64,000 nt of DNA from contig JAYZQJ010000125.1 in assembly GCA_036149055.1 (NCBI GenBank), positions 25,455-89,454 of the forward strand. Reading direction: 5' to 3'. A program made the position numbers and the translations under genes. The notes beneath the pieces were generated by a model that did no database searches, had not been told where the DNA came from, and saw only the letters and a list, made by a program, of their open reading frames with translations. Shown one piece after another: positions 17,087 to 26,895 of the stretch; within the stretch, counting starts at the first letter, position 1; each line of letters starts with the position of its first letter. This DNA is from Myxococcota bacterium (lineage in GTDB: Bacteria; Myxococcota_A; Polyangia; Polyangiales; Sandaracinaceae).

Positions 17087-18586
17087 TTGGACACGATCGT
17101 CTACTTCGGATCCGCCTTCGACGCGCTCGCGCTCGACCGGCTCGAGGGCGCTCGCGCGGCCGAGGACGGCTCGATCCACTACCTCGGTCGAGACGACGCC
17201 GGGGTGGCCGCGCGGCGGCGGGTCGTCGGGATCGCCGATCTCCCGCGCGCGGTCAGCTACGTGCGGCACCGCCCGGTCGACGCCCTCGTGGTCGACGCCC
17301 GCGGCCCGGAGCTCGAGCGCGCCGAGCGCCTGCTCGAGGTGCTCTTCCCGCACGGCCGCATGGGCGGCCCGCTGCTGCGCCGCCGGGTGCTCGCGATCGT
17401 CGACGGCATCGAGCCCGCGCACCGCCTCGGTCGGCACGGGGTGGGCGGTGTGCTCGCCGATCCCGCGACCCTGCCCGAGCGCCTCGAGGGCCTGCTCGCC
17501 GGGCGCGGCCACGGCAAGATCGCGATCTGCCTCGCCGGCGGCGGCATCGAGGGGCTCCTCTACGAGCTCGGCGTGCTGCGCGCGATCGATCACTTCCTCG
17601 AGGACCGCGCGGTGGTCGACGTCGATCTCTTCTGCGGCATCAGCGCCGGCGCGATCGTCGCGGCCCTGCTCGCCAACGGCGTCGGCCCCGAGGAGATCTT
17701 CGCCTCGCTCGACGGCGAGGGGCACCGCCTCGACCCGATCGACCGCTACACCCTCTTCGAGCCCAACCTCGCCGAGGTGGGGAGCCGGCTCTGGACGCTG
17801 CTCGGCGAGCTCGCCCGCGGAGGCCAGGGGCCGCGAGGCGTCATCAGCTCCTTGACCCGCGCGGTGCCGAGCGCGGCGTTCAGCGGGCGGCGGCTCGGGG
17901 ACTGGCTCGAGACCCAGCTGAACCGCCCCGGGCTGAGCGACGACTTCCGCACCCTGCGCCGCCCGCTGTACGTGGGCGCGACCGACCAGGACACCGCGCG
18001 CGCGGTGCTCTTCGGCGACGAGCGTCACGACCACGTGCCGGTGCACCAGGCGCTCCACGCGTCCTGCGCGCTGGTGCCCTTCTACCCGCCGGTCGAGGTG
18101 GACGGCCGCCGCTACATCGACGGCGCCTTCTCGCGCACGACCAACATGCGCGAGGCGGCCAAGCGCGGGGCGACGCTCTGCCTCCTGATCGACCCGCTCG
18201 TCCCGGTGCGGAGCAGCGAGCCCGGCTACGTGCACGCGCGCGGGGGCATCTTCTCGGTGGCCCAGGGCCTCAAGGCGCTGATCAACGGTCGCTTCGACAA
18301 GGCCAACCACGCCATCGCGGAGATGCACCCGAACGTGGCCTTCCACCTCTTCCGCCCCGAGGCGGACGAGATGCGCATCCTCGGCGGCTCGCCGATGAAG
18401 TACTTCTATCGCCGCGAGATCGAGGAGATCGCGTTCGAGACGACCTGCGAGAAGATCCGGGCCGCGCTGCCGCAGCTCGAGCGCGACTTCGCCCTCCACG
18501 GCGTGACCTTCCGCGATCCGGACGCGCGCCAGAGTCACCTCCCGCCGCCGATCCCGTCGCTCCGCCCGGGCGCGCTGGGCCTCTGA
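17087..18586 (+). CDS. Patatin-like phospholipase with a degenerate receiver-like N-terminus
   Basis: LAGGGIEG, GISAG, YIDGA motifs; TTG start after GGAGA. Confidence 0.85.
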   Translation: MDTIVYFGSAFDALALDRLEGARAAEDGSIHYLGRDDAGVAARRRVVGIADLPRAVSYVRHRPVDALVVDARGPELERAERLLEVLFPHGRMGGPLLRRRVLAIVDGIEPAHRLGRHGVGGVLADPATLPERLEGLLAGRGHGKIAICLAGGGIEGLLYELGVLRAIDHFLEDRAVVDVDLFCGISAGAIVAALLANGVGPEEIFASLDGEGHRLDPIDRYTLFEPNLAEVGSRLWTLLGELARGGQGPRGVISSLTRAVPSAAFSGRRLGDWLETQLNRPGLSDDFRTLRRPLYVGATDQDTARAVLFGDERHDHVPVHQALHASCALVPFYPPVEVDGRRYIDGAFSRTTNMREAAKRGATLCLLIDPLVPVRSSEPGYVHARGGIFSVAQGLKALINGRFDKANHAIAEMHPNVAFHLFRPEADEMRILGGSPMKYFYRREIEEIAFETTCEKIRAALPQLERDFALHGVTFRDPDARQSHLPPPIPSLRPGALGL

Positions 18587-19395
18587 TGCGCGACGCGCTC
18601 GGCCGCGAGGTCACGACACCCGCGCCGCCGCGGCGGATCGTGAGCCTGGTGCCGAGCGAGACCGAGAGCGTGGCCGCGCTCGCCGGGGTGGAGCGCTTGC
18701 TCGGCCGCACCGAGTGGTGCGAGGAGCCGGCCGGCGCGATCGAGCGCGTCCCGACCTTCGGCGGCACCAAGAACGCCGACGTCGCGGCCATCGTCGCCGC
18801 GGCGCCGGACCTGGTGCTCGCCAACAAGGAGGAGAATTCCAGACGCGACGTGGAGCGGCTCATCGACGCGGGGCTCACCGTCTTCGTGAGCTTCCCGTGC
18901 ACCGTCGAGGAGAGCCTGGATCACGTCGAGGCGCTCGCCGCGCTCCTCCACGTCCAGCCGCCGCCGCGGCCCTCGCCCGCCCGGCGGGCCGGGGCGCTGC
19001 CGGTGTGCGTGCCGATCTGGCGGGACCCGTGGATGACGATGGACGGGCGCACCTACGGGAGCGACCTGCTGGCCTGGCTGGGGTGCGACAACGTCTTCTC
19101 CGATCGCGCGCGGCGCTACCCGCTCGCGGCCGACGTCGGAGACGCGGCGCCCGCGGATCCCGGCGCGCGGGACACGCGCTATCCGCGGGTCAGCGAGGCG
19201 GAGCTGAGGGAGCGCGCGCCCCGGCTCGTGCTCCTGCCGGACGAGCCCTACCGCTTCGACGAGACCCACGTGGCGGAGCTGCGCGGGTGGGGGCTCGAGG
19301 GGCTGCTCGTGTCGGGGAAAGACCTGTTCTGGTACGGCGTCCGCACGGCGGGGGCGCTCGCGCGCCTCGACGCGGCCCTCGCGCCGCATCGGTGA
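18586..19395 (+). CDS. Helical-backbone metal/cobalamin-binding protein (BtuF-like)
   Basis: RIVSLVPSETE, GGTKN, PDLVLANKEEN, LPDEPYRF, WYG; TGATG coupling. Confidence 0.85.
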   Translation: MRDALGREVTTPAPPRRIVSLVPSETESVAALAGVERLLGRTEWCEEPAGAIERVPTFGGTKNADVAAIVAAAPDLVLANKEENSRRDVERLIDAGLTVFVSFPCTVEESLDHVEALAALLHVQPPPRPSPARRAGALPVCVPIWRDPWMTMDGRTYGSDLLAWLGCDNVFSDRARRYPLAADVGDAAPADPGARDTRYPRVSEAELRERAPRLVLLPDEPYRFDETHVAELRGWGLEGLLVSGKDLFWYGVRTAGALARLDAALAPHR

Positions 19396-19501
19396 CGTTC
19401 GCCGCAGATCGTGCGCGTTCGCCCCGGTCCGTCTGAACGATTTCAGCGTGGACGCCCGCGTGGCGTGGCCCTTGCGTTGCCTCACAGCGAAGAGGAGACC
19501 C

Positions 19502-19822
19502 ATGCAGCGCCTCGCCGAGCTCTTGCCCACCGGACCCGCCGACGACTGGACGCACCGCGGCGCCCGTCGACGGGACACCCGCTACCCGGTGCACGCCAGC
19601 GTGCGCGTCCCCGACGTCGGCCTCGCCGGGGTCGTGCTCAACGCCAGCGCCGGCGGCCTACGCGTGGCCCTCGACGGCATGGTGCGCGAGGGCGACGCGC
19701 TGGCGCTCGAGCTCGAGTTCCCGAGCCGCGGCGCGGAGGCGAAGACCGGCCGCGAGCGGGCCGAGGTCGTCTGGGCGCGCACCCTCCCGGACGGTTGCCT
19801 GGCCGGCCTGCGCTTCGTCTGA
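19502..19822 (+). CDS. PilZ domain protein
   Basis: RRRDTR (RxxxR), NASAGG, VVWAR, GLRF; GAGGAG RBS. Confidence 0.85.
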   Translation: MQRLAELLPTGPADDWTHRGARRRDTRYPVHASVRVPDVGLAGVVLNASAGGLRVALDGMVREGDALALELEFPSRGAEAKTGRERAEVVWARTLPDGCLAGLRFV

Positions 19823-19829
19823 ACGCGAA

Positions 19830-19859
19830 ACGCCCCGGAGCCTGTCGGCGCCGGGGCGT
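19830..19859. terminator. Hairpin between convergent genes
   Basis: ACGCCCCGG...CCGGGGCGT inverted repeat. Confidence 0.6.
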
Positions 19860-19882
19860 CTCCGCGGGTCAGCGACGCGCCG

Positions 19883-22800
19883 CTACGGGCACTCGTCGCG
19901 GTTGCCGAGACCTCGGAAGCCGGTGCTGACGTCCCAGACCTCGCCGTCCCACTCCACCGACGGGTCGAACGCGTCGCCGCTGTTCGGGTCGCCGGTGGTG
20001 AGCGAGCAGTCGCGGGTGAGGCGGTAGTCCATCGTGCCGAGGCCGCCGCCCTCCCAGGCCATGCCCGGGTCCTCGCCGACGCGGCCGAAGCTGTCCACCA
20101 CCATGCCGGCGCAGATCAGCTCGTAGGCGTCGTCGCCGTTGTGGTTGATGGTGCCGCTGGTCATGTCGCAGAGGCCGGGCATCGCGATGCTGCCGTTGCA
20201 GATCACGAAGACGTCGCCGGCCGCGAGCGTGCCCATGAGGGACACGCTGCTCGAGGACGTGCTGCCGTTGGTGTAGCGGTGGATCTCGCAGGCCGCGAGG
20301 TCCGCCGGCGCGCCGCCGACGTTCACGATCTCCAGCGCCTTGTTGTTCGAGTTGCCCTCGACGTACTCGCTGAAGAAGACCGCCGCGGGGGTCGCCACGG
20401 TCACGCTCGCGGTCGCCATGTCACCCATGTACGAGGCGGTGACCATGCCGGTCGCCTCGAGCGCGCTCGCGGCGTAGTCGGCGCTCGCGCTGCGCATCCC
20501 CTCGGGCACGACGATGGTCGGCGCGCCGGTGAGGATGGTGGCCGGCGAGGGCGTGATGGTGACCGCCGCGCCCCCGACCGGCGCCGCCATCGGCAGCACC
20601 ACGGTGAGGGTGACCATCGAGCCCGGGGGCGTGATGATCGCGGCCGGCGAGAGGCGGAGCGCGTCGAAGCCGACGTCGATGGTGTCGCGCGGCAGCATGC
20701 GGTTGTCGCCGAAGGCGAAGGTGAGCGGCCCCTGGATGAACGAGAACATCTCGTCCATCGCCGGCGGCGGGTCGATGCTGAACAGCTCCTGCGCGATGCG
20801 GAGCGAGCCGTTCACCTCGAACTGGCCGAAGCCGAGGTCGGGGTTGGTCACCGTCACCGAGTCGACGCGCAGGAGCACGCTCTCGAGCGCCTCGGAGCGC
20901 GGGCCGCCGGTGGCCACGTCGCTGGGGCTGACGACGAGCGGCGCCGGCTCCATGTCGCTGGCGGTGACGGTCACGCCGGTGCTCTCCACCTGGGCGAGGC
21001 CGAAGAAGTCGGCCGGCGCGCCGGTGACCTCGACCACGTCGCCGCGGCTGACGGTCGGCGCGGCGCCGGTGAAGATGAAGAGGCCGCTGTAGTCCACGCC
21101 CGCGTAGTCGGTGGATCCCTCGAGCTGCTGCGCGAAGAAGCCGTTGTCGTCGAGGGCGGTGACCACGAGGTCGCTCAGCGTGACCGCGCCGGAGGTGGCG
21201 CCGCAGCGGACGGCGTAGACCGTCTGCGCGCCGGCCATCACCGCGATGTCGGGGCAGCCGTCGCAGACGTCGCCGATGCCGTCGCCGTCCCGGTCCGCCT
21301 GGTCTTCGTTGGGCGTGGTCGGGCAGTTGTCGGTGTCGTTGTCGGTGCCGTCGCCGTCGATGTCGCTCGCGTCGACCGGGTCGGCGTCACAGGCGTCGCC
21401 CATTCCGTCGCCGTCGGAGTCGGCCTGCGCGCCGTTGTCCAGCGGGCGGATCGGGTTGAACACCATCGGGCAGTTGTCCGACGCGTTCATGATGCCGTCG
21501 CCGTCCATGTCGTCGGCCGAGCTCATGCCCGTGTAGTAGTTGCTGCCGTTGACCATCGCGTCGGGGCTGGTCATGCGCGTGCGCTCGGGGAGGCAGCTCG
21601 GCTCGCCCTCGGGCTCGCCACAGAAGAAGAGCGGGTACTGCATCTCGCGGCGGTTGGCCTCGCTCATGAGGTCGCCGAAGGAGGTCGACAGCTCCTGCAG
21701 ACAGACGCTCTTGGCGCTGCCGCAGACGTCGCCGACCGTGTCGCAGCCGGAGCGCAGCCCGTCGATCACGCCGCTGTCGCCGAAGAGCGCGTCGCCGCCG
21801 CGCATCACGAGCACGACGTCGTCGGGGCCGGCGCCGAGGACCGCGCGGTGGTCGCGCGCGCTCGAGGCGTCGTAGATGGCGATGTCGGCCTGGGCGCCCA
21901 CCGCGAGCACGCCGATCTGGCTCTCCATGCGGAAGGCGGTGGCGGTGTTGCGGGTGGCCATGAGCCACATCTGCTCGTCGGGGAAGAAGCCGGAGAGGTG
22001 GTTCGCGTTGAACTGGTCCACGCAGACGAGCTCGCGGAGCATGTTCATCGAGCCGGAGCGCACCCAGTCGGTGCCGAGGCCGATCGGCACGCCGAGGTGG
22101 GCGTACTCGGTCACGCGCGCGGTGTCGCCGTAGAGCGTGATGTTGGTGCGGGGCGACCAGATGAGCTCGACGTCCTCGATCGCCATCTCGGCGATGTCGG
22201 CGGCGAGCAGGCCGACGCCGTGGATGAAGGCGCTGACCGGCATCACGAAGTCGCGGTCGCCGTCGCGCATGCAGCGGAACTCGTTGCGCGCCTCCTCGTT
22301 GATGCCCTCGGCCACGTGGGGCACGAAGGCGTGGAGGCCCATGACGCTGCTGGCGGTGCAGCTGCTGCAGTAGGAGTAGCCGCAGCTGTCGGTGAACTGG
22401 GTCTCACCCGAGTCGCCGAGGGGGAAGGTCTCGTACTCCGCCTCGACGCCGAGGCCGTTGCGGCCGTCGTTGTCGAGGTTGCGGAGCAGACCGTCGGGGC
22501 CGCCGCTGCCGAACACGCTGGTGGTGCCGCTCATCAGCTGCCGGAGCTCGTTCCAGAGCATCTCCTCGGTGGTGGCGCGACCGCCGCCCGCCGACACGCT
22601 GGTGTGCGGGGGGCTCGGCTCGTTGGTGCGCCAGTCGTGGCGGTGCTCGTAGCGCTCGTCGGTGAGCAGCCCCTCGGCCGGGTAGGGCACGGTGTTGTTG
22701 AACGTGATGTGGTCGTGGCCGTTGATGAGGCCGGGGCTGACCACGCTGTCGGGGCAGACGAGCTGGGTCGCGCCGCCCGCGCCCGCCTCGCCGGAGCAGT

Positions 22801-23167
22801 CGCAGCCGACGCAGGCGATCCGCCCGTCGGCGCCCACGAGGACCTGACCGCCGCGGAAGACCTCGCCGGGGGTGAGCACGTCGCCCGTGATGAGCACGTT
22901 GTCGTCACCCGAGGTCACGTCGCACCGGCCGGAGCTCGGCGGCGGCAGCGCGTCGCCGGGGCAGGTGGTGATGATGGGCGGGGGGAAGAGGTCGCTCGGC
23001 GGCATGCCGCCGTCGCCGCCATCGGTGGGCGGGACCTCGCCGTCGGTGGTGCCACCGTCGGTGGGCACCATGCCGTCGACCGGCGCCGGCCCGTCGTCAC
23101 ACGCGACGAGGCAGAGAGAGAGGAGGAGCGCCGTCGGCAGCGCGTGAAGGAAGGATCGGTGAAGCAT
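19883..23167 (-). CDS. Surface lipoprotein: amidohydrolase (deaminase-like) + TSP3 repeats + OB-fold + lamin-tail domain
   Basis: LVAC lipobox; NGHDH, HVAEG, IHGVG, GTDW metal ligands; DxDGDG..DNCP repeats; GFFAQ...[26 protein letters not shown]. Confidence 0.85.
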   Translation of the reverse strand: MLHRSFLHALPTALLLSLCLVACDDGPAPVDGMVPTDGGTTDGEVPPTDGGDGGMPPSDLFPPPIITTCPGDALPPPSSGRCDVTSGDDNVLITGDVLTPGEVFRGGQVLVGADGRIACVGCDCSGEAGAGGATQLVCPDSVVSPGLINGHDHITFNNTVPYPAEGLLTDERYEHRHDWRTNEPSPPHTSVSAGGGRATTEEMLWNELRQLMSGTTSVFGSGGPDGLLRNLDNDGRNGLGVEAEYETFPLGDSGETQFTDSCGYSYCSSCTASSVMGLHAFVPHVAEGINEEARNEFRCMRDGDRDFVMPVSAFIHGVGLLAADIAEMAIEDVELIWSPRTNITLYGDTARVTEYAHLGVPIGLGTDWVRSGSMNMLRELVCVDQFNANHLSGFFPDEQMWLMATRNTATAFRMESQIGVLAVGAQADIAIYDASSARDHRAVLGAGPDDVVLVMRGGDALFGDSGVIDGLRSGCDTVGDVCGSAKSVCLQELSTSFGDLMSEANRREMQYPLFFCGEPEGEPSCLPERTRMTSPDAMVNGSNYYTGMSSADDMDGDGIMNASDNCPMVFNPIRPLDNGAQADSDGDGMGDACDADPVDASDIDGDGTDNDTDNCPTTPNEDQADRDGDGIGDVCDGCPDIAVMAGAQTVYAVRCGATSGAVTLSDLVVTALDDNGFFAQQLEGSTDYAGVDYSGLFIFTGAAPTVSRGDVVEVTGAPADFFGLAQVESTGVTVTASDMEPAPLVVSPSDVATGGPRSEALESVLLRVDSVTVTNPDLGFGQFEVNGSLRIAQELFSIDPPPAMDEMFSFIQGPLTFAFGDNRMLPRDTIDVGFDALRLSPAAIITPPGSMVTLTVVLPMAAPVGGAAVTITPSPATILTGAPTIVVPEGMRSASADYAASALEATGMVTASYMGDMATASVTVATPAAVFFSEYVEGNSNNKALEIVNVGGAPADLAACEIHRYTNGSTSSSSVSLMGTLAAGDVFVICNGSIAMPGLCDMTSGTINHNGDDAYELICAGMVVDSFGRVGEDPGMAWEGGGLGTMDYRLTRDCSLTTGDPNSGDAFDPSVEWDGEVWDVSTGFRGLGNRDECP

Positions 23168-23329
23168 CGCCCCCTTTGTCACGGGCGATCCCCCTTCGGT
23201 CAAGCGCACATTGGGTGACACCGTGCGTCCCCTCGCATCCGTGGGGAGAAGAGAAGGAAGGGAAGGGTGGGGCGGGATGCTTCGGGGCGCCCGTCCGGCG
23301 GGCACGGGGCTGGGGGCGGGGCGTTCGGG

Positions 23330-23587
23330 TCAGATCCGCTCGATCGAGTGCACGAGCTCGGGGACGAAGTGGACGCGGGGGCGCACCAGGCTCCTGCGTC
23401 GGTGGCGGTCGCGGACGTCGATGCGAGAGCCCTCCGGGCCGATGGTGCCGCCTTCGACGAGGTCGTCCTCGAAGGTGAACTCGGCGTCCGGCGGGGTCGA
23501 GGGGGCGGGGCGGCTCTGGGCGGAGGCGACGCCTCCGAAGGCGAGGGCCAAGGTCAGGGCGGCGAGCGTGGTCAGGATGATGCGCAT
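23330..23587 (-). CDS. cglF: CglF/GltF-like small secreted gliding protein
   Basis: Signal peptide, then FTFEDDLVEG..GPEG...SLVRPRVHFVPELVHSIERI; GGAGGA RBS. Confidence 0.75.
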   Translation of the reverse strand: MRIILTTLAALTLALAFGGVASAQSRPAPSTPPDAEFTFEDDLVEGGTIGPEGSRIDVRDRHRRRSLVRPRVHFVPELVHSIERI

Positions 23588-23706
23588 GGGTTCCTCCTGC
23601 TCGCGCCTGACGGGCGGGGGCGGGATTGGATCCAATTTTCTTCGCTGCTACGTTCCCGCCGCGGCTGTACCGCCTCGCGGACGGCACGCGGAACGGAGTC
23701 AGAGCG

Positions 23707-24114
23707 ATGAAGCGCAGGATGTTCCTGGGGAAGATCCACCGGGCTCGGATCACCCACGCCGACCTCCACTACGAGGGCAGCGTGACGATCGACGGCACCC
23801 TGATGGACGCGGCCGGCATGCTCGAGCACGAGGAGGTGCACGTCTGGAACGTGACCCGCGGCACCCGCCTCGTGACCTACACGCTGCGGGGCCCCGAGGG
23901 CTCGGGCGTCATCTGCATCAACGGCGCGGCGGCCCACGGCAACGCCCCCGGCGACACCGTCATCCTCGCCACCTTCGGCGAGATGGAGGACGCCGAGGCC
24001 CGCGCCTGGCAGCCCAAGGTCGTCTTCGTCGACGACGACAACGCCGTCCGCGAGATCGAGGCCGAGCGGCCGGGCCCGGCGATGCCCCGCCACCTCGCCG
24101 AGATGCCCAGCTGA
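23707..24114 (+). CDS. panD: Aspartate 1-decarboxylase
   Basis: [21 protein letters not shown] (G-S cleavage site), [10 protein letters not shown]. Confidence 0.97.
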   Translation: MKRRMFLGKIHRARITHADLHYEGSVTIDGTLMDAAGMLEHEEVHVWNVTRGTRLVTYTLRGPEGSGVICINGAAAHGNAPGDTVILATFGEMEDAEARAWQPKVVFVDDDNAVREIEAERPGPAMPRHLAEMPS

Positions 24115-24196
24115 CGGCTCCTGCCGCGGCGTCGCGGTCGACGAGCGTCTTGTCGAGATCGAACGCGACGGCTCGAACCCGGTCGGGGGCGCTCAC
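24115..24196 (-). pseudogene. Truncated HAD-hydrolase remnant
   Basis: GTG coupled to the upstream stop gives VSAPDRVRAVAFDLDKTLVDRD (HAD motif I); the frame then runs into antisense panD. Confidence 0.6.
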
Positions 24197-25080
24197 GCCG
24201 GCTCCTCGAGCGCGGCGAGCACGGCGCGCGGATCGGGCGAGGGCCGCCTCGTCACCGGGGCGCCGCGCGCGAGCTCGCCGATCCGAGGCTCGTAGCCGAG
24301 CGCGGATGCGAGCCGACTCGTCTCCCGCTCGTGCTCCTCGATCTCGAGCGAGGTCCACGTCTCCGGTCTGCGCGGCGGGTTGGGCCCGGTGTGGACTCTC
24401 TTGTGCACCAGCTCTTCGAACGCCGGCGCCTCCAGCGTGGGCTCCCAGCCGAGGAAGCGCGCGAGCCGTCCATACGCGGCGTGGTCGAGATCTTCGATGC
24501 GCTGGATGCGCCCGCGGTCCTCGGGCAGGCGCGTGAGCTGCTCGACGATGGCGCGGTAGCGCGCGTTCCAGAACCAGGCGAGCTTGCCGATCTGCGAGAG
24601 CCCCCTCCACCGATCCAGCTCGGGCTGGGTGCGGGGCAGGTTTCGACCGAAGAAGTGTCGGGGCTCCATCGCGTCGGGCAGGGTGGGCGGCCGCGTCGCG
24701 TCGGCCCACGGGATGGGCTCGAGGAACCAACCGCGAGCGGCGAACGACGCGACCGTGTGGTCGGGGCGGCGCACGAGCATCACGAACCTGGCGTCGTATC
24801 GCTCGTACAGCTCGGCGATCGAGTGCGAGAGCAGCGCGCTCACCTCGAAGGAGACGCGACGCGCGGCGAGGTCCTCCTGGACGACGGCGTCCCGGTCCCG
24901 GAGGAAGCCCTCGGGATCGATCGGGATGCGGTGCCACTTGCAGAACATGTGGAAGGTGGCGGCGCGGCGCAGGCGCTCGTGCGACGCCGCGACCGCAGGC
25001 TCGCGATCGGCGAGCCGCGACAGCAGCGTCGTCCCGCAACGTCCGCTGCCCACCCCGAACGCGACCGTTCCCTCGGGCAT
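24193..25080 (-). CDS. Sulfotransferase-like P-loop protein
   Basis: GVGSGRCGTT 5'-PSB-like motif, HE, and LVRRPDHTVAS 3'-PB-like motif. Confidence 0.7.
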   Translation of the reverse strand: MPEGTVAFGVGSGRCGTTLLSRLADREPAVAASHERLRRAATFHMFCKWHRIPIDPEGFLRDRDAVVQEDLAARRVSFEVSALLSHSIAELYERYDARFVMLVRRPDHTVASFAARGWFLEPIPWADATRPPTLPDAMEPRHFFGRNLPRTQPELDRWRGLSQIGKLAWFWNARYRAIVEQLTRLPEDRGRIQRIEDLDHAAYGRLARFLGWEPTLEAPAFEELVHKRVHTGPNPPRRPETWTSLEIEEHERETSRLASALGYEPRIGELARGAPVTRRPSPDPRAVLAALEEPA

Positions 25081-25115
25081 CCTCACCGGCAGAGGCGCGG
25101 CTCGGCCCCGCAAAG

Positions 25116-26108
25116 ATGATGGTGGAGAGCGCACATGAACGGATACTACACCCGCGCTTGGCAGCATCCGCCGCCGAGATTACGCTCGCGACCGTGCTCG
25201 AGCCCGCCACGCCTCGGACCGTCGGCACCGAGCTCGTCCGGAGAGAGAGCCGGTTGGACGCGTCGGTCAACTGGGTGCGCGAGGTCGACCGCGGGCTGAT
25301 CGAGGCGCGCTACGTCCGCCGGAGCGATGACTACTTCGTCGTCTATCTCTCCTCGCAGACCGGCTGCCGGCAGGCGTGCCGCATGTGTCACCTGACGGCC
25401 ACGAAGCAGACGCGCATGCGCGACGTGACCCTCGAGGAGCTCCACGCGCAGGCCGACGTGGTGCTGCAGCACTACCGGCGAATTCGCGACGCCCGACCCG
25501 CTCGCGAGGTGCACTACAACTTCATGGCGCGGGGAGAGCCGCTGGTGAGTCCGGTCGTGTTGCACGACTCCGCGACCCTCTTCGACGGCCTCTGGCGACG
25601 GGCGCGCGAAGCCGCGGTCCGGCCGCGGTTCCTCGTCTCGACGATCCTGCCGCGCGCCCTCGGTGACCGCGCCCTCGAGGAGGTCTTCGACCGCTATCAC
25701 CCGGAGCTCTATTACTCGCTCTACTCCACCGACGAGGACTTCCGGCGGCGCTGGCTGCCGAACGCGCTCCCGACCGGCGAAGCGCTCGACCGTCTGGCCG
25801 CCTGGCAGCGCGCCACCTACAAGATCATCAAGATCCACCACGCGCTGATCGACGGCGAGAACGACCGCGACGCCGACGTTCACGCCATCTGCGACGCGCT
25901 CGAGGCGCGCGGCCTCTATGTGCACGTGAACATCGTGCGCTACAACCCCGCGTCGGAGCGGCTCGGCCGCGAGGCGCCGGAGCCCGTCATCGCCCGCCAC
26001 GTCGACATCTTTCGGCGCCGACTTCCGAGTGCCCGCGTCAAAGTGATCCCGCGCGTGGGCTTCGACGTCGCCGCGTCGTGCGGCATGTTCGTCGCGCCGG
26101 AGCGTTGA
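25116..26108 (+). CDS. RlmN/Cfr-like radical SAM protein lacking the N-terminal domain (start uncertain)
   Basis: IEARYV, SSQTGCRQACRMC, NFMARGEP, VNIVRYNP, ASCGMF. Confidence 0.85.
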   Translation: MMVESAHERILHPRLAASAAEITLATVLEPATPRTVGTELVRRESRLDASVNWVREVDRGLIEARYVRRSDDYFVVYLSSQTGCRQACRMCHLTATKQTRMRDVTLEELHAQADVVLQHYRRIRDARPAREVHYNFMARGEPLVSPVVLHDSATLFDGLWRRAREAAVRPRFLVSTILPRALGDRALEEVFDRYHPELYYSLYSTDEDFRRRWLPNALPTGEALDRLAAWQRATYKIIKIHHALIDGENDRDADVHAICDALEARGLYVHVNIVRYNPASERLGREAPEPVIARHVDIFRRRLPSARVKVIPRVGFDVAASCGMFVAPER

Positions 26109-26109
26109 A

Positions 26110-26895
26110 ATGCGGCGGTCGCCAGGGGCGGAACACGACGCGGCCGCGCGGCGACACCGCGCGCAAGAGGGCTTGTTGCTGCGGGTTGCACGTCGTGAGC
26201 CCGAGGCCTTCGCGCTCCGCGGCGGGATGCGCATGCGGCAGCTGACCGTCGCGCGAGAGCGACCGGCTCTCGACGTCGATCTCGTGTGGCGCGGGGGCGC
26301 GGACTCGCGGGGGATCGCGGAGCTGCTGCGCGGCGCGCTGGCCGACGACCAGGTGGGCGACGGGGTCGAGCTCGACCCGGCGCGGCTGCGTGTCGACGCC
26401 ATGCAGGGGCCGCGCGGGCTGATGGGCTACCGCGCGATCACCCCCGCTCGCGTCGATGGTGTAGGCGTGGATCTGCGCGTCGATCTGCGCACCGATCTCC
26501 AGATCTGGCCGCCTCCCCGCGTCGAGCGGTTCCGCGCGACGACGGGGGAGGCGTGGCTGGCGCAGTGCGCGCCCGAGACGCTGCTGGGCCGCAAGGTGCA
26601 GGTCATCGTGGAGGCGGGGACCGATCGCTGGCGCGCGAAGGACCTGCTCGACGTGTCCCGGTTGCTCTCCGGGCAGCCCCTCGACGACGCGATCATCGAA
26701 CGAGCCTGCGCCGACGCCTTCGCCACGGTGGGTTCGAGCCTGGAGGCGGCGCGTGACGTATGGGCGAGCCCCGACCTGCTGGGAGGTCGGCGAGCGCGGC
26801 TGCGGTGGCGGCGCGCGGGCGGCGCGCGAACGCTGGACGAAGTGGTCGCAGGGGTGCGACGAAGGTTGGCGCCGATCCTGGGAGGGGGCTCGTGA
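26110..26895 (+). CDS. AbiEii/AbiGii-like nucleotidyltransferase
   Basis: ALRGG, DVDL, ETLLGRK, RAKDLLDV. Confidence 0.75.
   Translation: MRRSPGAEHDAAARRHRAQEGLLLRVARREPEAFALRGGMRMRQLTVARERPALDVDLVWRGGADSRGIAELLRGALADDQVGDGVELDPARLRVDAMQGPRGLMGYRAITPARVDGVGVDLRVDLRTDLQIWPPPRVERFRATTGEAWLAQCAPETLLGRKVQVIVEAGTDRWRAKDLLDVSRLLSGQPLDDAIIERACADAFATVGSSLEAARDVWASPDLLGGRRARLRWRRAGGARTLDEVVAGVRRRLAPILGGGS

Noticed and set aside
18586..19395. Cobalamin riboswitch or complete btu operon
   Set aside because: The gene is coupled directly to the patatin gene with no leader; no permease or ATPase adjacent.
25116..26108. Housekeeping rlmN or resistance gene cfr
   Set aside because: Lacks the N-terminal domain, the C118 equivalent and the canonical MGMGEP; no gene symbol assigned.
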